DNA of 64,000 bases, from positions 1-64,000 of the forward strand of contig JAAPAO010000004.1 in assembly GCA_013115145.1 (NCBI GenBank), read 5' to 3'. Position 1 is the first letter of the stretch. Each line of letters starts with the position of its first letter. Source of the DNA: Perkinsus chesapeaki ATCC PRA-425 (taxonomy: Eukaryota > Protista > Perkinsozoa). The position numbers were made by a program, and so were the translations under genes. Shown in pieces: positions 38,470 to 52,600 of this stretch. A model generated the notes under the pieces. That model ran no database searches. It was given only the letters and a program-made list of their open reading frames with translations, and was not told the origin of the DNA.

Positions 38470-41400
38470 ATGCCTCCTCCTCCTCCTCCATCCTGCTACA
38501 TTCAAGTTCAAGTCCGCCTTCGTCCGGCATATGATCCCTTCGGCAGCTCCTCACCGTCATCAGCTAGCACCATTCCATGGCAGGATATTTACGACATTGA
38601 TAAGGAAGCTGTAGTGGGGGAATCGGAGACAACACTGACGGTTAAGGATCCCCTGTCGAATGGTCGATGCGAACACTACTTTCAATTTACCAGAGTACAT
38701 CCGCCTGAGACTGGTCAAAGTGATATTTTCGAGGCGTGCGGGAAACCGCTGGTGGATCGGCTTCTGGAGGGCTACAGCGGATGTGTGTTTGCATACGGTC
38801 AGACGGGCAGTGGGAAAACTCATTCTGTGTTTGGGCCGAATCTTTTGAGGGGAGAGAAGCTCCGCACTGGGAATGATTGGGAGGGCATCTTGCCGAGGTC
38901 AGTAAGGTATCTATTTAAGAGAATTGCAGAGAAGGCCAAGATGAAGGAATGCGGGCTAGTTGCTAGCTTTGTGGAGATTTATTTAGACCAGGTCAGGAGG
39001 AAGGGAGGACAATGTGACCTATTTGGTATCTTTTATATTAACCTAGTATCTGTGGGCTCGAGGCTTTATAGCGATTTATAGCTCAGAGAAGTGGCAATTT
39101 CGTGGCGTGCTGGAATTCACTTAGAAATAACTGGTTAGCAGATACGTGACCTTGGACTGGCATCGTGCTCGATGTCAACTGATCAACAAGTTGGAGCGGG
39201 TCGCCCGCAGCGTCCGGTCAGCGCTCCTGCTGGACACAGTAGAAGCTATAGTAGCCTGGTCGGTAGCAGGAGGCCTAACAGCGCAACTGGAGTAGTATCT
39301 TGAGCTTGACCGTGCAAGATACGGAAGAGGTCAACTACGAATTCTCAGTTACTCTTCGGAAGTTCTCCAGGCAAACAGCCAGCATCAGATTGGGAATCTC
39401 AAAACTTAGAGCTTCACGAAACCCCAACAGGACAGGTGTTCGTGAAGGATTTGACTCTCCTTCCTATAAGGAGCGTTGAGGAAATGCTAGAAATCGTAAG
39501 ATGATCAAGATTTCTCATTAGATCCAGAAGGCTTATTCTACTAGGTTCGCAAAGGCAGTGCTCTAAGAGCTACTTACGAAACGGCTATAAATTCTGTATC
39601 GAGCAGAAGTCATACCATATTTTCGTTGAATCTTGTGACAAGGAGCCGGGGAGTTGGGGAGAAGGAAGGGGAAGTTATATCGGGAATACTCAACTTCGTG
39701 GATTTGGCTGGTTCGGAGAGATTGGCGAAGAGCCGAAGTGAAGGGGTTAGATTCCAGGAGGCTGTTATTGTTAATAGCAGCTTATCAGCACTGAGTAAAG
39801 TTATATTAGCCTTGACATTACAAGAAGCTGCTGCTTCTGGTGGAGGAGGAGGACGGAAGGTTTACGTAATATTCCGGGGACGATCGGCAATAAGACTTAT
39901 TACTATTCTCGCTGTCTAAAGCGTCTCTGTTATATTAAGTAATCTGGTGTATAGAATGACCAGTAGTAGCTGGAACATAATACTTTTATTATTACAACTA
40001 CTGTACAATGCTACCAAAGCCAGCAGAGTGTATAGTAGAGATCGAAGCAGTGCTGAGTGTGTGTTTTATTATTAACTACCAATCTCCTACATAAGCCTCC
40101 TTTATTTTATCAGATACCATATAGGGATTCCAAGTTGACTAGATTACTCTCACCAGCCTTGGGAGGGAATTCCTTTACAACACTTCTTTGCACTATCAAT
40201 CCAGCTACAGCAATGTATCAGGAATCACTTAATACTCTGCAGTTTGCTGATAGATGTGAGTGGATACGTGCTTCGCTCCGCTGAGGAATGTTGATTTTTA
40301 GGCAAGAATGTGAGGAACAGGCCGGTTGTGGGATACTCCAGTGTCGGTGGGGGGTCCCAAGACTGGAGGGTCCGAAGGCTGCTACAGGAAATAACGGAAT
40401 TGAAGGCACAGCTGGCTTTGGCCAAGAGCAGCTTTGAACAGAGGGTTGCGGTTATGAACGAACAGAGGGGAGGAGATTCTGATAGAAAAAGCGTAAAAAA
40501 GGGTGGAGAGGGGGACGAGCCGACGGCAGAAGAGGAGTTACTGATGGAGGCAGAGGCGCTGCGGGGGCAGATAGCAGCTGAGAAGCAAAAGGCACGGAGA
40601 GCAGAAGAGAAGGCTGAAAGGCTGAAGGAAGATTGGCAGCATTCGATGGAGAAGCAGTTTGGTGAAGAGGAAGCTGTTAGAAGGGAGAAGTTGGAGTTTA
40701 TGGACAAGTGTAGGGCGAGGGAAGTGAAGGCTGCGAGGGAAGTGGAGGTGATGAGGGAGGAGAGAGATAAGACAGAGAAGGAAATGAAGGAGAGAATAGG
40801 GAAGATGGAAAATGTTGTTAGGGAGGCATTTTATGGAAGTAAACAGAATAAGCTTACTGATAAGATGAAGGAGTTTATGCAGCAGCTTAGAGGTGAGCTA
40901 ATGAATATCTTTCTCTCTTCAAGCTATGATATGGGCTTTGCGATGTATATTATTTGATTGAGAACTGCTTTACCTGAGCTACTCCAGATCTTTATACGCC
41001 CAGCTTGATAATTTCATCACTCTTTAATCAGATTTGGATTCCTCCTGTCGGTACAGCATTCAGTCGGCGGTGGATCGATTGGATGAGTTGAGGGTAAGTC
41101 AGTTATCTGAGCAAAAGGCGGCCTACGAGGAAGCATTGCGAGCGAAGGAGATTCAGTGGAGGCATTGGAAGGAGGAGGCTGATATGCATAGTGGAAAAAT
41201 CAAAAGAGCATTTATTAGGTGGGGTATCTTGAGGTTAAGCATACATGATACTAACTAGGTTGTTTTGAGGTACCGTGCAGAGAAGCACAGCAAGATAGCA
41301 CTACTTAAGGAGGAGCTTCTTCGGTTATACAGCGTGAATAGGTCACTTTGCCGAGTTGTTGCCGACCTCGAGGACGGAAGATACGCAGTGAAGTTCTCCA

Positions 41401-41573
41401 GTGGTGTGAAGAGGGCGGTCCTGCCGGCTAGCGTGGCGAAGGAAGTGATGGAAGCTCGTCGATTTACTGAAGAGAAATTCCCCATGCTATTCGAGGAGAC
41501 GAGGAAGATTCAGAGGGCCTTGAGGGAGTATGATAGCGAACAGAAGTTGATTGAACATGAAGATTCATTATGA
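38470..41573 (+). CDS. N-terminal-motor kinesin with coiled-coil tail, multi-exon
   Basis: VRLRP, FAYGQTGSGKT, SSRSH, VDLAGSER, IPYRDSKLTRLL. Confidence 0.95.
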
Positions 41574-41658
41574 TGTTGTAATCGATCAGTTGATCGATTT
41601 GGATATTTGTTATGTTGTAGTGTATAAATAAGCTATCGAGGTCTGTTTTATTCTTCTC

Positions 41659-42890
41659 ATGTCTCTTCTGGTAACTGCGGCGGCGGCGGGCGGTGATCGT
41701 CTAGCTAAGATATGTCGGAGCTTGGAGGCCAGTGGGCATATGAAGGGTACATCAGGAGGAGCATCCATTAGAGTAGATAATGATGATAAAGTATTGGTAA
41801 CACCAAGTGGATATTTAAAGGGGGAGCTTAAAGGAGTTGAGGACTTCTTTATGGTAACAACAACAACAGACAGCACATTCAGCAGCAGTTCGTGATGACG
41901 AGTCTTTCACTTGAAGAGTATCTAGCGCACCTCATAGCAGTTGTCTTGTCATCATTTATGTCGAGCAGTTCCCTGAAATAACTTAACCGCTTCAAACTGA
42001 ACTACCTTGGTCGTTTGATTGTTTAGTGAACTGGAGAAGTGGTGCTGATGCTGTTGTTGTCAGGTTTCAGTTTCATCCGGGGAAGTTGTGGAGCATCCAA
42101 AGAATGGTGATGTCCCGAATAAGTTATCTGATTCTTGGGAGGTCATTCGAATGATTTATGAGAAAGTTGGTATGGATGAGTGTGCATGCGTGCTACATTC
42201 CCACCATGAAGCTTTGGTACTGGCTGCTAATATCGATGATATGCGAGTAACGGTGGATGATGAGGTGAGATGGTTATGGAGGGCACCAGAAAAGCAGGAG
42301 ATGTTAAAAGGAATAAGAGGCTATGGAAGTAGGTTGGGCTGCTGCTGCTGCGATAGGGTCACGGCAACAACGGTGGGGAGCTGAAAAGTGAAACACGAGG
42401 GTGAGGTTCTCCCTCTGATCACACTTCAGGGGGGGATGCGTACTTGGAAAAATATCCCCAGGAACTGTTGACAGAAATGTAGACATCTAGTTCAACACAA
42501 GATTCTGAGATAGGCAGGCAAGTAGTCTGGCTCGTGAAGTAGTTCCACATACACTAGTGTACTAATGTATATATTACCAGAGCTTGATGGAGGCCTTCAT
42601 TTCCATATCTTCGGTATGGTCCGCCGTTTCCCTGGGGGAGTGGTCTTCGTTCAGATGATGGTGATCCTTTGATGGTACCAAAAATATCTAATACACCTCA
42701 TGAGAAGGATCTTTGCCCGGAGCTAGCAAGGGTGTTGGATGGTGGTAAAGGAAGGCCACCTGTTGTTATTGTCGAGAACCACGGAGTTTATCTATGGGGG
42801 AGGACATGGCTTGAGGCTGTAAGGCATTTGGAGTGTCTTACATGGTTAGGTGAGATGAGGGGATTCTACAGTCTGCTGCTGGTCTAGGGC
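41659..42890 (+). CDS. mtnB: Methylthioribulose-1-phosphate dehydratase (MtnB/APIP, class II aldolase fold); possibly fused to the next gene
   Basis: GTSGGASIR, LVTPSG..K, VLHSH, SNTPHEKDL, VENHGVYLWGRTW..A..HLE. Confidence 0.85.
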
Positions 42891-43131
42891 TGCTAACTTT
42901 CAAACACACCGTTTGTGGGCATTGCATTCCCATGTTGTTTTATTCTCATTGTCAAGTCTCACGAACTGCTCTCAGCTTTGAACACGTTTGGGACTGGGGG
43001 CCTTGAAATACTCTGATCATGATATACGCTCGGAAATACAGTAGTTTGTCTAATTTTATGCTTACCCTGATTATAATTACGGGTAACTGAGAATCTTTAT
43101 GAGCAGACAGCTGTTGAGCATTGTGCTTCAG

Positions 43132-44537
43132 CCCAATACGCCGTACTGGAGGCAGAGTGCTCCCCAAGACGGAAAGTACGAAGAGTGTCGGCTAGTAAGG
43201 GAGATCTGGCGGGCCGAGTGGTACTGTTGTTCTATGTCCGCTCCTGCTGATAAGGCGGTGGCTTCTAGTTACTCTTTGATGTGGAGGGCACCACTACTCC
43301 CATATCATTTGTTAAGGAAACCCTGTTCCCGTTGGCAGAGAGGAATATTGGAGAGTGGACGAAGAAGCATTGGGAGGATACAGAAGGAGCGCAGGTGAAC
43401 GGGGTGGTGGGAGGACAACTAACAGATGGTTAAAAGTCTGAACGGTCGCAGTAATATCGATGGTTTCATGGTAACTATTGCGGTCGCTTGGGAAGGTGTG
43501 TCCAAGCATAGCAAGGGAAGGCTGGATCACCACTGAGGCATCATTGCAATGGGTTTATATTTCATATTCCCACTTCTCTTAATTTTTGAAAGTTAAAATG
43601 GGGAAGGCATTTGAGCGTTGAGTAGATTGGTGGGCTGTTTTGTATAGGTTAGGCAGTTGCTACCGAAGGGCCTGTCAGGGGAGGGCCCGGAAGGTGTGGC
43701 AGAGGAGATGCGGAGATGGATCAAAGCGGACCGAAAGGAAGCGGCGCTGAAGACAGCACAAGGTCTCATCTGGAGGGAATCATACGAGAATGGCTCCCTG
43801 CGTGCACCGATGTTTTCGGATGTTGAGAAGTGTTGGATGGACTGGATAAATAGAGGAGCTAGAATAGCCATATTTAGCAGTGGCAGTAGGGAGGCACAGA
43901 GGCTCATTTACAAGTATTGTAGAGACGAGGAGGAGGAAGAAGGCAATGACTGTTGTGATCTTACAAGGTGAGTAGCTGCCATCGGTCGATTGCATGAGAT
44001 GTGCGCTGGGGAGGATATTCCTTTGCTTCCTCTCTGAGATGTGCGCTGGGGAGGATATTCCTTTGCTTCCTCTCTGAGATGTGCGCTTGAGTTTACTCGG
44101 AGAATCCCCGAGCAATCGAAGATTCGTAAAACATCACGCATAGCCCGACTCAACGTGGGCTCACCTTTGCTTCTGCTGCTGCTGCTGCAGTAAGCCGCGT
44201 CGTAGTCGTCTGTTCAGGTATATTTCATGTTATTTCGACCCGCCTTCGGTCGGTGGTCACAATAAACAGACACCTCAAGCCTACCAACAGATAGCATTAT
44301 CGATGGGAGCTCATCCGAAAGATATTTTATTTTTTACCGACATACCCGGCGAGGCGACGGCAGCAAAAGAAGTTGGCTGTGAGTTCCGGGTTTTGTGGCG
44401 CGCGGTCAAGTGAATTGTGTATTGTGCTTAGATGGCACAGTTATTGTAGTCCGAAAAGGGAATGCTGCGATCGATCGAGAGAAGTTGATGAAAGAAGGCC
44501 ATCAAGTGGTGGAATCTTTTGAGGAGGTCAAATTATG
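43132..44537 (+). CDS. mtnC: Enolase-phosphatase E1 (MtnC/ENOPH1, HAD family)
   Basis: LLFDVEGTTTPISFVKETLFP, LKTAQGLIW...Y..G, IFSSGSREAQRL, ILFFTDIPGE..AA. Confidence 0.92.
43996..44087. repeat. 40-bp tandem duplication in an MtnC intron
   Basis: GAGATGTGCGCTGGGGAGGATATTCCTTTGCTTCCTCTCT occurs twice, plus a partial third copy (43996, 44036, 44076). Confidence 0.92.
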
Positions 44538-44952
44538 AAAATACATCATGACTGGTTTCTTGAAATCATTAGACTGGTGTTCGAGAGAGAGCAACTGGGC
44601 TAAGCAGCTGCCTGGCGGCGATCTATATCAGTGGATCTTCTCACTCATCACTATATTATCTCTTGCTAAAACCACACTTGACATTGGCTTGCAGCGGGAG
44701 GTCACCTCAGTAGTTGCTGGAATGCCCATTTCGCTTACGTTCTGTTGAAAGATCATTGATTGTAGTCGGAATGGTGTGTGTGTTGGTTAGGCTTCCTTGT
44801 GGGCTTGCAATAGGTCTGCTGGTATTAAATATCGATCCGCTCAACTCAGCCGCTGAGGTAGAGCTCTTCGGGTGTTCCTCACGCGAATGGATTTCGTGTC
44901 GAAAACTTGTTGCAATCAATTTTGGACCGGTCAATATCCAGTTTTATTGAGA

Positions 44953-46210
<1,258 letters not shown>

Positions 46211-46621
46211 GACCACTGTCCTTTCCTCTTCTATTATAGGATTCTTCCCATCATCCTTTCTACTGTGTTGCTATAAAAGTATGTTTCTATATCATCGTCA
46301 CTTGTGGTGCGTTATCTTCTTCTATATTTCATTTTGTAAGGTTTGCCATCCATGCTGCTTGGTGATGGAGGATTTCACTATATGTTAGATATTCTAACAA
46401 CATCCTTCATGTGTCCTTATGGAGTTCTTCTACTTGCTATCTCTCTAACTATATGTGTACACTTTGGATAGGAAAGTTCCTCAAGCGGTGTTATTATGCA
46501 CCAGGCATGCTGCTTCGATCATGTCTTCGATTGAGGACCACTAGGGGTGTCACGGACCTGTTGGTTATATCCGCTAACATTATTCCCGATCTTTGCAGCC
46601 TTCCTTCTTCCCTCACCCTCA

Positions 46622-49429
46622 ATGTCTTACAATCGACTTGCCTTGGCCGCTGTTAGGTCGTCGACGTCATCGTCGGCGACCAGTCCTTCAGCAGCAGTTT
46701 CATCGGTGCTTTGTTGTTCATTATCATCCATCTCGGCCATGTCTTCTGAAAGGCACTTTAATTTGTTTTTCAAGCGAGAAGAAATGAATGGAGGTGAATC
46801 CTCACCTCATCGCAAGTCGATAGTTGTTATTTAGGCCACGGAGCCAACGGGACGTTCTGTAAATCTGTTCTGTTGGCGGCGGCAGCAGCAGCCTTGGTGG
46901 CGTCTTCCGGCGCCGAGACTAGTCTCTGCGATGAACCGCAGCAGCAGCAGTTTCATAGGGATTTTGGTAATCCTGTGAAAGGCTTGAAGACCTATAAAGC
47001 TGAGGAGGTGAGGCAATTGATGGGATCGAGTAAGGTCTGGTGATAGGTTAGGAAGCACAATGCAGAGGGACAGAGTGTGTGGGTTACCTATAAAGAAGGA
47101 GTTTATGATATAACTAACTTTGTTAATGAACATCCTGGAGGAAAGGAGAAGATCTTGATGGCAGCTGGTAAGGGGGTTGGTGGGATGTGCAAGTAGGGTT
47201 GTTGAGTTGTATTTAGGCGGAGCGGTGGATGATTTTTGGAAGCTCTATCGTCAACATTTACAGTTGCCGGAGATAAGCCATATGTTAGAGGAGATGCGAA
47301 TCGGTGAGCTCTGATTCATTATGAACGAATAAGAAGTGACTGCTTGTTACTGCTGTACCACAGGCAACCTCGACCCTGAGGACTACGCCAATGCTCACAG
47401 ACATTCGGATAAGAAAGAGGACGATCCCTTCAAATTCGACCCGGAGGATCGCCATCCGGTAGGTCGAGTGTTCTGAGCATTGTTGATGACCTCCCATTAG
47501 GCGCTCCAGTTCCGTTCGCAGCAACCTTGTAACGCAGAGTCACCACCGGAACTGCTAGTGGATGCATTTGACACCCCGAGCTCTTTGTTCTTTGTACGCA
47601 ATCATTTCCCTGTTCCGCCTCCACCAGAGCGGGAGGTGGTGAGGTTCGAGGGCGGTGGGTTGGCTAAGCCGGTTGAGATTACTGTGGAGGAGTTGAAGAG
47701 TAAATTTGAGCAGCACACCGTGCACGCTGTTATACAGTGTGCCGGCAACAGACGCTCTGAGTTCAATAAACAGCTTGAAGGAAAGCCCCCGGTTAAAGGT
47801 AACTGTCACTTTTGGTCCTCCTCCTGAGATGTGCCCTCGCAGGTCTAAGCTGGACGCTCGGTGCTATATCAAACGGGTGTTGGAGGGGTCCCCTGCTGAG
47901 GGATGTTGTGGAATATATTTATGGAGATGTACCGGAAGATATCGCTACCAGCGGGCATGTCCATTTTTGGGGCAGGGATGGCGATGGTGAAAGTAACTAT
48001 GGCGCAAGTGTACCAGCTGGGAAGGTAAGAAGGATAGCTTATAGGGTTCGGAGTTGGAGAAAGCACATTACTAATGACTGCCATATCTACACAATCATTA
48101 AATCCGTAAGACTTGCCTCGACATTCCTCCTATCCGAGTTGATTATTACATATGAGGAAGGATAAGTTGATAATCTATACTCTGACCAACGCTCATCTAC
48201 CTACAGTCATCATATGTTAAAACCTATAAATTTAAAATTTCAAGTGAAAACTCTAAAAAATGAGTGATGAGGCCCGTTGAAAGTTCAACCGACTTTAGAT
48301 GACGGCTACTGTACCTACAATCTTATGCTACCTCAGATTTTATTACTCCTGCCGTATGCTGATGTTGGATATGTCAGGTGTTCAGTAAAACTGGTGATGT
48401 TATTTTAGCATTGGAGATGAATGGTGAACCTTTATCGGTGGACCATGGATGGCCGGTCAGAGTTGTGGTGCCTGGAACTGCCGGTGCAAGGTGCTGCCCC
48501 TGGGGTTCGAACCCGGGTGGAGTGATGTTACTTTAGGAATGTTAAGTGGTTGTCGAGGATCTCCTTGGAGAAGGAAGAGAGTCCTTCATTCTGGCAAAGA
48601 AATGATTATAAATTTTTACAAGTGGGACTGCGCACGCAATTTTGCGGCGAGTGAAATCTGATCTGGTAGGAACATACTGATGCGGAGGAAGCTCAGGCTC
48701 TTCAGACGATGCCAGTGACAAGTGCAATATGCCACCCCAAGGACGGGGCAACAGTCCAACTGGACGAGCACGGCGAATTTGTCTGTAAAGGGTAGGGTAT
48801 AGGGTTCAAATCCCCCCGGCAGCATTTTGTACAGTTATGCCTACTCCGGTGGAGGTCGTCGTATTAAAGAAGTCGATGTCTCTGTCGATGGAGGTACAAC
48901 ATGGTCCTCGGCTGTCTTGGAGGAGGACCCAGATGACACCGGAGAGTGGGGCTAGCTCATCCGGTCCAGCCATCTTTACTTGTAGATTCGGTCGGTCATG
49001 GTCGTGGGTGCTTTGGTCAGCGGTGTTATCGAAGCCTTCTACAAAATCCGAGGCTTTACTGAAAAATGTTGGAACGTCTAAGGGGGATGTGGTAGAGGTA
49101 AGACCGACGTTGCCGCGCCTCTTTGGCTCCGCGTGAAATGCACGCTCAACCTTGTAGAGTATCTTCAACAATACTCTCACCCACCGGTAGATGTATTATC
49201 TTCTATACTGTAACCTCCTAAAGACCTTTTCCCTGTCAGTTTCCTTTGAATGTATGTCTTCTTCTCATCCTTTATAGATTAATACTATCGCTTGTAGATA
49301 ATTGTTCGAGCAATAGATGATGCCAATAACACCCAACCAGAGAAGGCCTCAACTGTATGGAATGTTAGGGGTTTGGTCAATAATTCTTGGCACAGAGTGG
49401 TAGTCGAGCTAAAGGAGGAGCGAACATGA
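46622..49429 (+). CDS. SUOX: Sulfite oxidase (cytochrome b5, Moco and dimerisation domains), multi-exon
   Basis: Ser/Arg-rich leader; VWVTYKEGVYDIT.F...HPGG; FFVRNHFPVP; IQCAGNRRSE; MNGEPL..DHGWPVRVVVPG..GARNVKWL; GYAYSGGGR; WNVRGLVNNSWHR. Confidence 0.93.
48491..48536 (+). other. 46-nt SUOX intron with an antisense tRNA-like 3' half
   Basis: Reverse complement: CCGGG-TTCGAAC-CCCAG-GGGCAGC-A-C, ending exactly at the 5' splice site. Removing the intron restores the conserved GAR|NVKWL. Confidence 0.75.
48792..48834 (+). other. 43-nt SUOX intron with a sense tRNA-like 3' half plus TTTT
   Basis: GTAGGGTA-TAGGG-TTCAAAT-CCCCC-CGGCAGC-A-TTTTGTACAG. Removing it restores the conserved KG|YAYSGGG. 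Confidence 0.8.
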
Positions 49430-49614
49430 TCCGTTCAGAGGCTTTAGTTGAGAAGTTGGATTTCTTTCCTTTCTACAGTGGGCTTGTGTTCAGAAGAGGA
49501 ATGGGCCACTGGGGGTTCATTAGGCCTTGTTGAGGCCTGCGAGGGTATTATATAAGGAGACCCTCAATGAACTAGAGGAGGAGGTATTTTCTCTAATAAG
49601 GCAGTTATCTTGCT

Positions 49615-52600
49615 ATGGCCCCCCGACGACCATCCGCGAATCGCATCCGAGGAGGCAAGCCGCCGGAGCCAGCTGGCAAACGAAAGAAGAATCTTGTTAC
49701 TAAAGGATCGGTTAATAAGCGACGACGGCCTGTTGAAAAACAGGTTAAGAAGGCTAAGGCCGTGGAAAAGGAAGAGAAAAGGGGGAAGGCTGATGATGAG
49801 ATACAACTGGAGGACTTTCTGGACTTTGGTGGGAATGATGATGGTGTTCCCGATGATGAGTCCATCGCCTCGGAGGATTCTATTGCATCCTCCTCATCTG
49901 AGGGAAGCGATATATCATCTTTGGACTCGGAAGCTGAGGCTGCCTTTATGAAAAGTATAGATGATCTTGGAAAGAAGAAGGAACCAAGTTTAGGGAAGAA
50001 AGAAGGAATGGATGATAAGTAGTAGTAGTAGTACTTGCTAGGTTATCTTATATAACAATAGTATATATAAGATTAGTAGTGTATCGTCCCCCTGTTTCAT
50101 CATAAATTGAATCTCTGCAGTTTCAATCTACCTAACTGAATCCGTCGGGAAATTTGTTATTAATAATCTTTGTCCGAGATTTATTGTTACTGTTTCGAAT
50201 TAGCTGTATCGAATAATTTTATCGTTATTATTATCATTGACCTTCTAGTCTATCCATCTCTCATCCATCAGGCATTCCAACACCACCAGGACTTTCGACT
50301 TCATGGATTCATCTGGATTCCTACCTGAGGGCTCAGCAGCTGCAACGGGGATGGAATCTGAGGGCGGCAGCAACTTATTGGGAGAACTATTGAAGATGGC
50401 TGAAGATGATAAAGGAAAGGATGAAGCCGATGGTAAAGAGAAAGGTAGATCTTCCTCCTCCTTTCAAGAGGTCCTGTACAGCAGTCGTTACCTTTCTTTA
50501 GCCTCATCTAGTACCCAACTCCGCAAACAGTTGGGGATGGTAACGGCCTCAACAGCTGGAGTTGATGAGAATGATAATCTTCCTGAGGCGACTAGGAAAA
50601 GGGCCGATCGAGAGGTGCGGTATGATAGCGCTAAGAGTACTGCTGAGAAGGAATGGATGCCTGCTGTACACGCTGCCAACAACGCAGCTGTTATTGATAT
50701 TGCTGGAGAGCAGAGAGCTAAGCTTGGGGCATCTCAGATCTCTAATACGGCTGTCTTGTCATCATCATTTCAACCAGGTAGGAGAAGGGCGTAGACTCGC
50801 TTACCGTGGCGGATGAAAGGGGCCTTGTTCGTACACCTTACAGCGCTAAGAGCGGGTTTTGGTATTAGTTTATAACTGATAATATTCGTATTGGTTTGGA
50901 AGGCAGTTGAGGAGGACAGATGAGAATATTTGATCACTCTTCTTTAGAGAACGAGTTGGAGAAGGCTATAGTAGCTGCAGTGAAGGAGAGTAACGTCTTC
51001 GCTTATGGTGATAAACAGAAAACTGAAGACGGTCATCAGTTGCCGTTTGGTGAGTTAACAACATGGAAGGAGGGGCAGGGAGGGGATTGGTGGCTTCAGG
51101 TCGAGAAGCCGAGCTGAAGAAGGCCGAGGAGCGCAATACTGTGGCTAGACTGAAGCGGTTGATGTTCCAGGAGCAGAGGAAGAATGCAAGGCTTAATAAG
51201 ATTAAGAGCAAGACTTGGCATAAGCTGCAGAAGAAGAGCCGGGAAAGGGAGCAGGAAAAGTAAAGCAATGGTGATAGGGGAGGGAGGATGAGGTGCTTTG
51301 AGCAGGCTGTTGGAGAAGCTGGAGGCGTCGAATCCTGAGGAGGCGGCTAAGTTAAGAGAAGAACTCGAGAAGAAGTTATCGAAGGTAATGGAGGGCCCTG
51401 TGGGAAGAAACTGATGGAAAAATGGGGAATTAGGTTCGTTTGCAAAGACAATCGATGGCGAGGAAGAAGTGGGCTAAAGCTGCCCAGAGGTAGGAAGGGA
51501 TGTGGTTGAAGAGGCTACTTAACAAGGAGTGTAGGTTCGGTGGCTCTGACATGCGGAACGAAGTGTCCCGGCAAGCCCAGTCAGCCTCTGATGCTCGAAA
51601 GGAGCTTGAGAGGGCTATAAAAGGGAAAAGGCAAGGAGAGGAGGACGACTCAGATGATGAGGGTAAGAAAGGGAGGAGGAGGGGAGGGATAAAGGGTATG
51701 GCAGCACATTCAGATAGCTCTGGTAGTGATGATGATAATGATGTTGAGGAGGATCCTGTGAAAGCAGCTGTGAGCCAAGCAAGGAAGCAAGCAGAGGCTA
51801 TTCTTAGAGGCGAGGGTAATAAAGAGGATGGGGGGGAACTGTATAATAAGTATATAATCAAGTTGAGGGGTAAACGCATATCTATGTCCATCGAGCTTAT
51901 CGTTTTATATTGGGTGCCGTCGGAGAGTCTTCTTTGATGTTATGAATTTATAGACCATCGACGTAGTTGTTGTTTTATCAGATGCTGCGGCCACGGATGA
52001 GGCGGCTGGTAAAGGTGGTTTGTTGGGTATGAAGTTCATGCAAAAGGGGGTAGAGAGGAAGAGAGAGGAGGCAAGACAGCAAGCTGAGGAGGTGTTGGAG
52101 GAGCTAACTCAATGGGAGAAGAAGAAGGCTGCTGCGGCTGAAGAGAAGGACACTACAGAAGAAGAGGAGGAGGAGGAGAGCGATCAAGGGGAAGAGTAGA
52201 AAACCTTTGAAAACATAGAAGTACATATTTCTTATTTAGGGCTTCGCCAGCTCCGTTCATCCCAGCTGGTGAATCCGAGAGGTTGGCTGCTGAAGCTGAA
52301 GACCTACTAGATGGGGGTGGCGCAGCGGTTCATTTGGAGGTGCCAACGCCAGTGGTCGATAGCAAGAGTGCTTCGGTGGGGAAGACAGCAGCGAAGAAAA
52401 TGGCACATAAGGAGAAGCCAGTGGAGGTTGCTGAGGAACAGACCACCGAGTCCGACTCTGAAGATGATGAAGAGGAGGAGGAGACCCAGCAAGACTTGGT
52501 TCGCAGCGCATTCGGCATCAAGAATGCTGCTGACTCTTCCTATGCTCGAGAATGGATAGAAGAGCTCGAGGCCAAGGATGAGGCTGAAAGGTTGGCAGAG

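Noticed and set aside
48264-48362. C/D snoRNA candidate (GTGATGA...CTGA) in a long SUOX intron
   Set aside because: I found no terminal stem and no recognisable rRNA/snRNA-complementary guide, and these boxes are common by chance.
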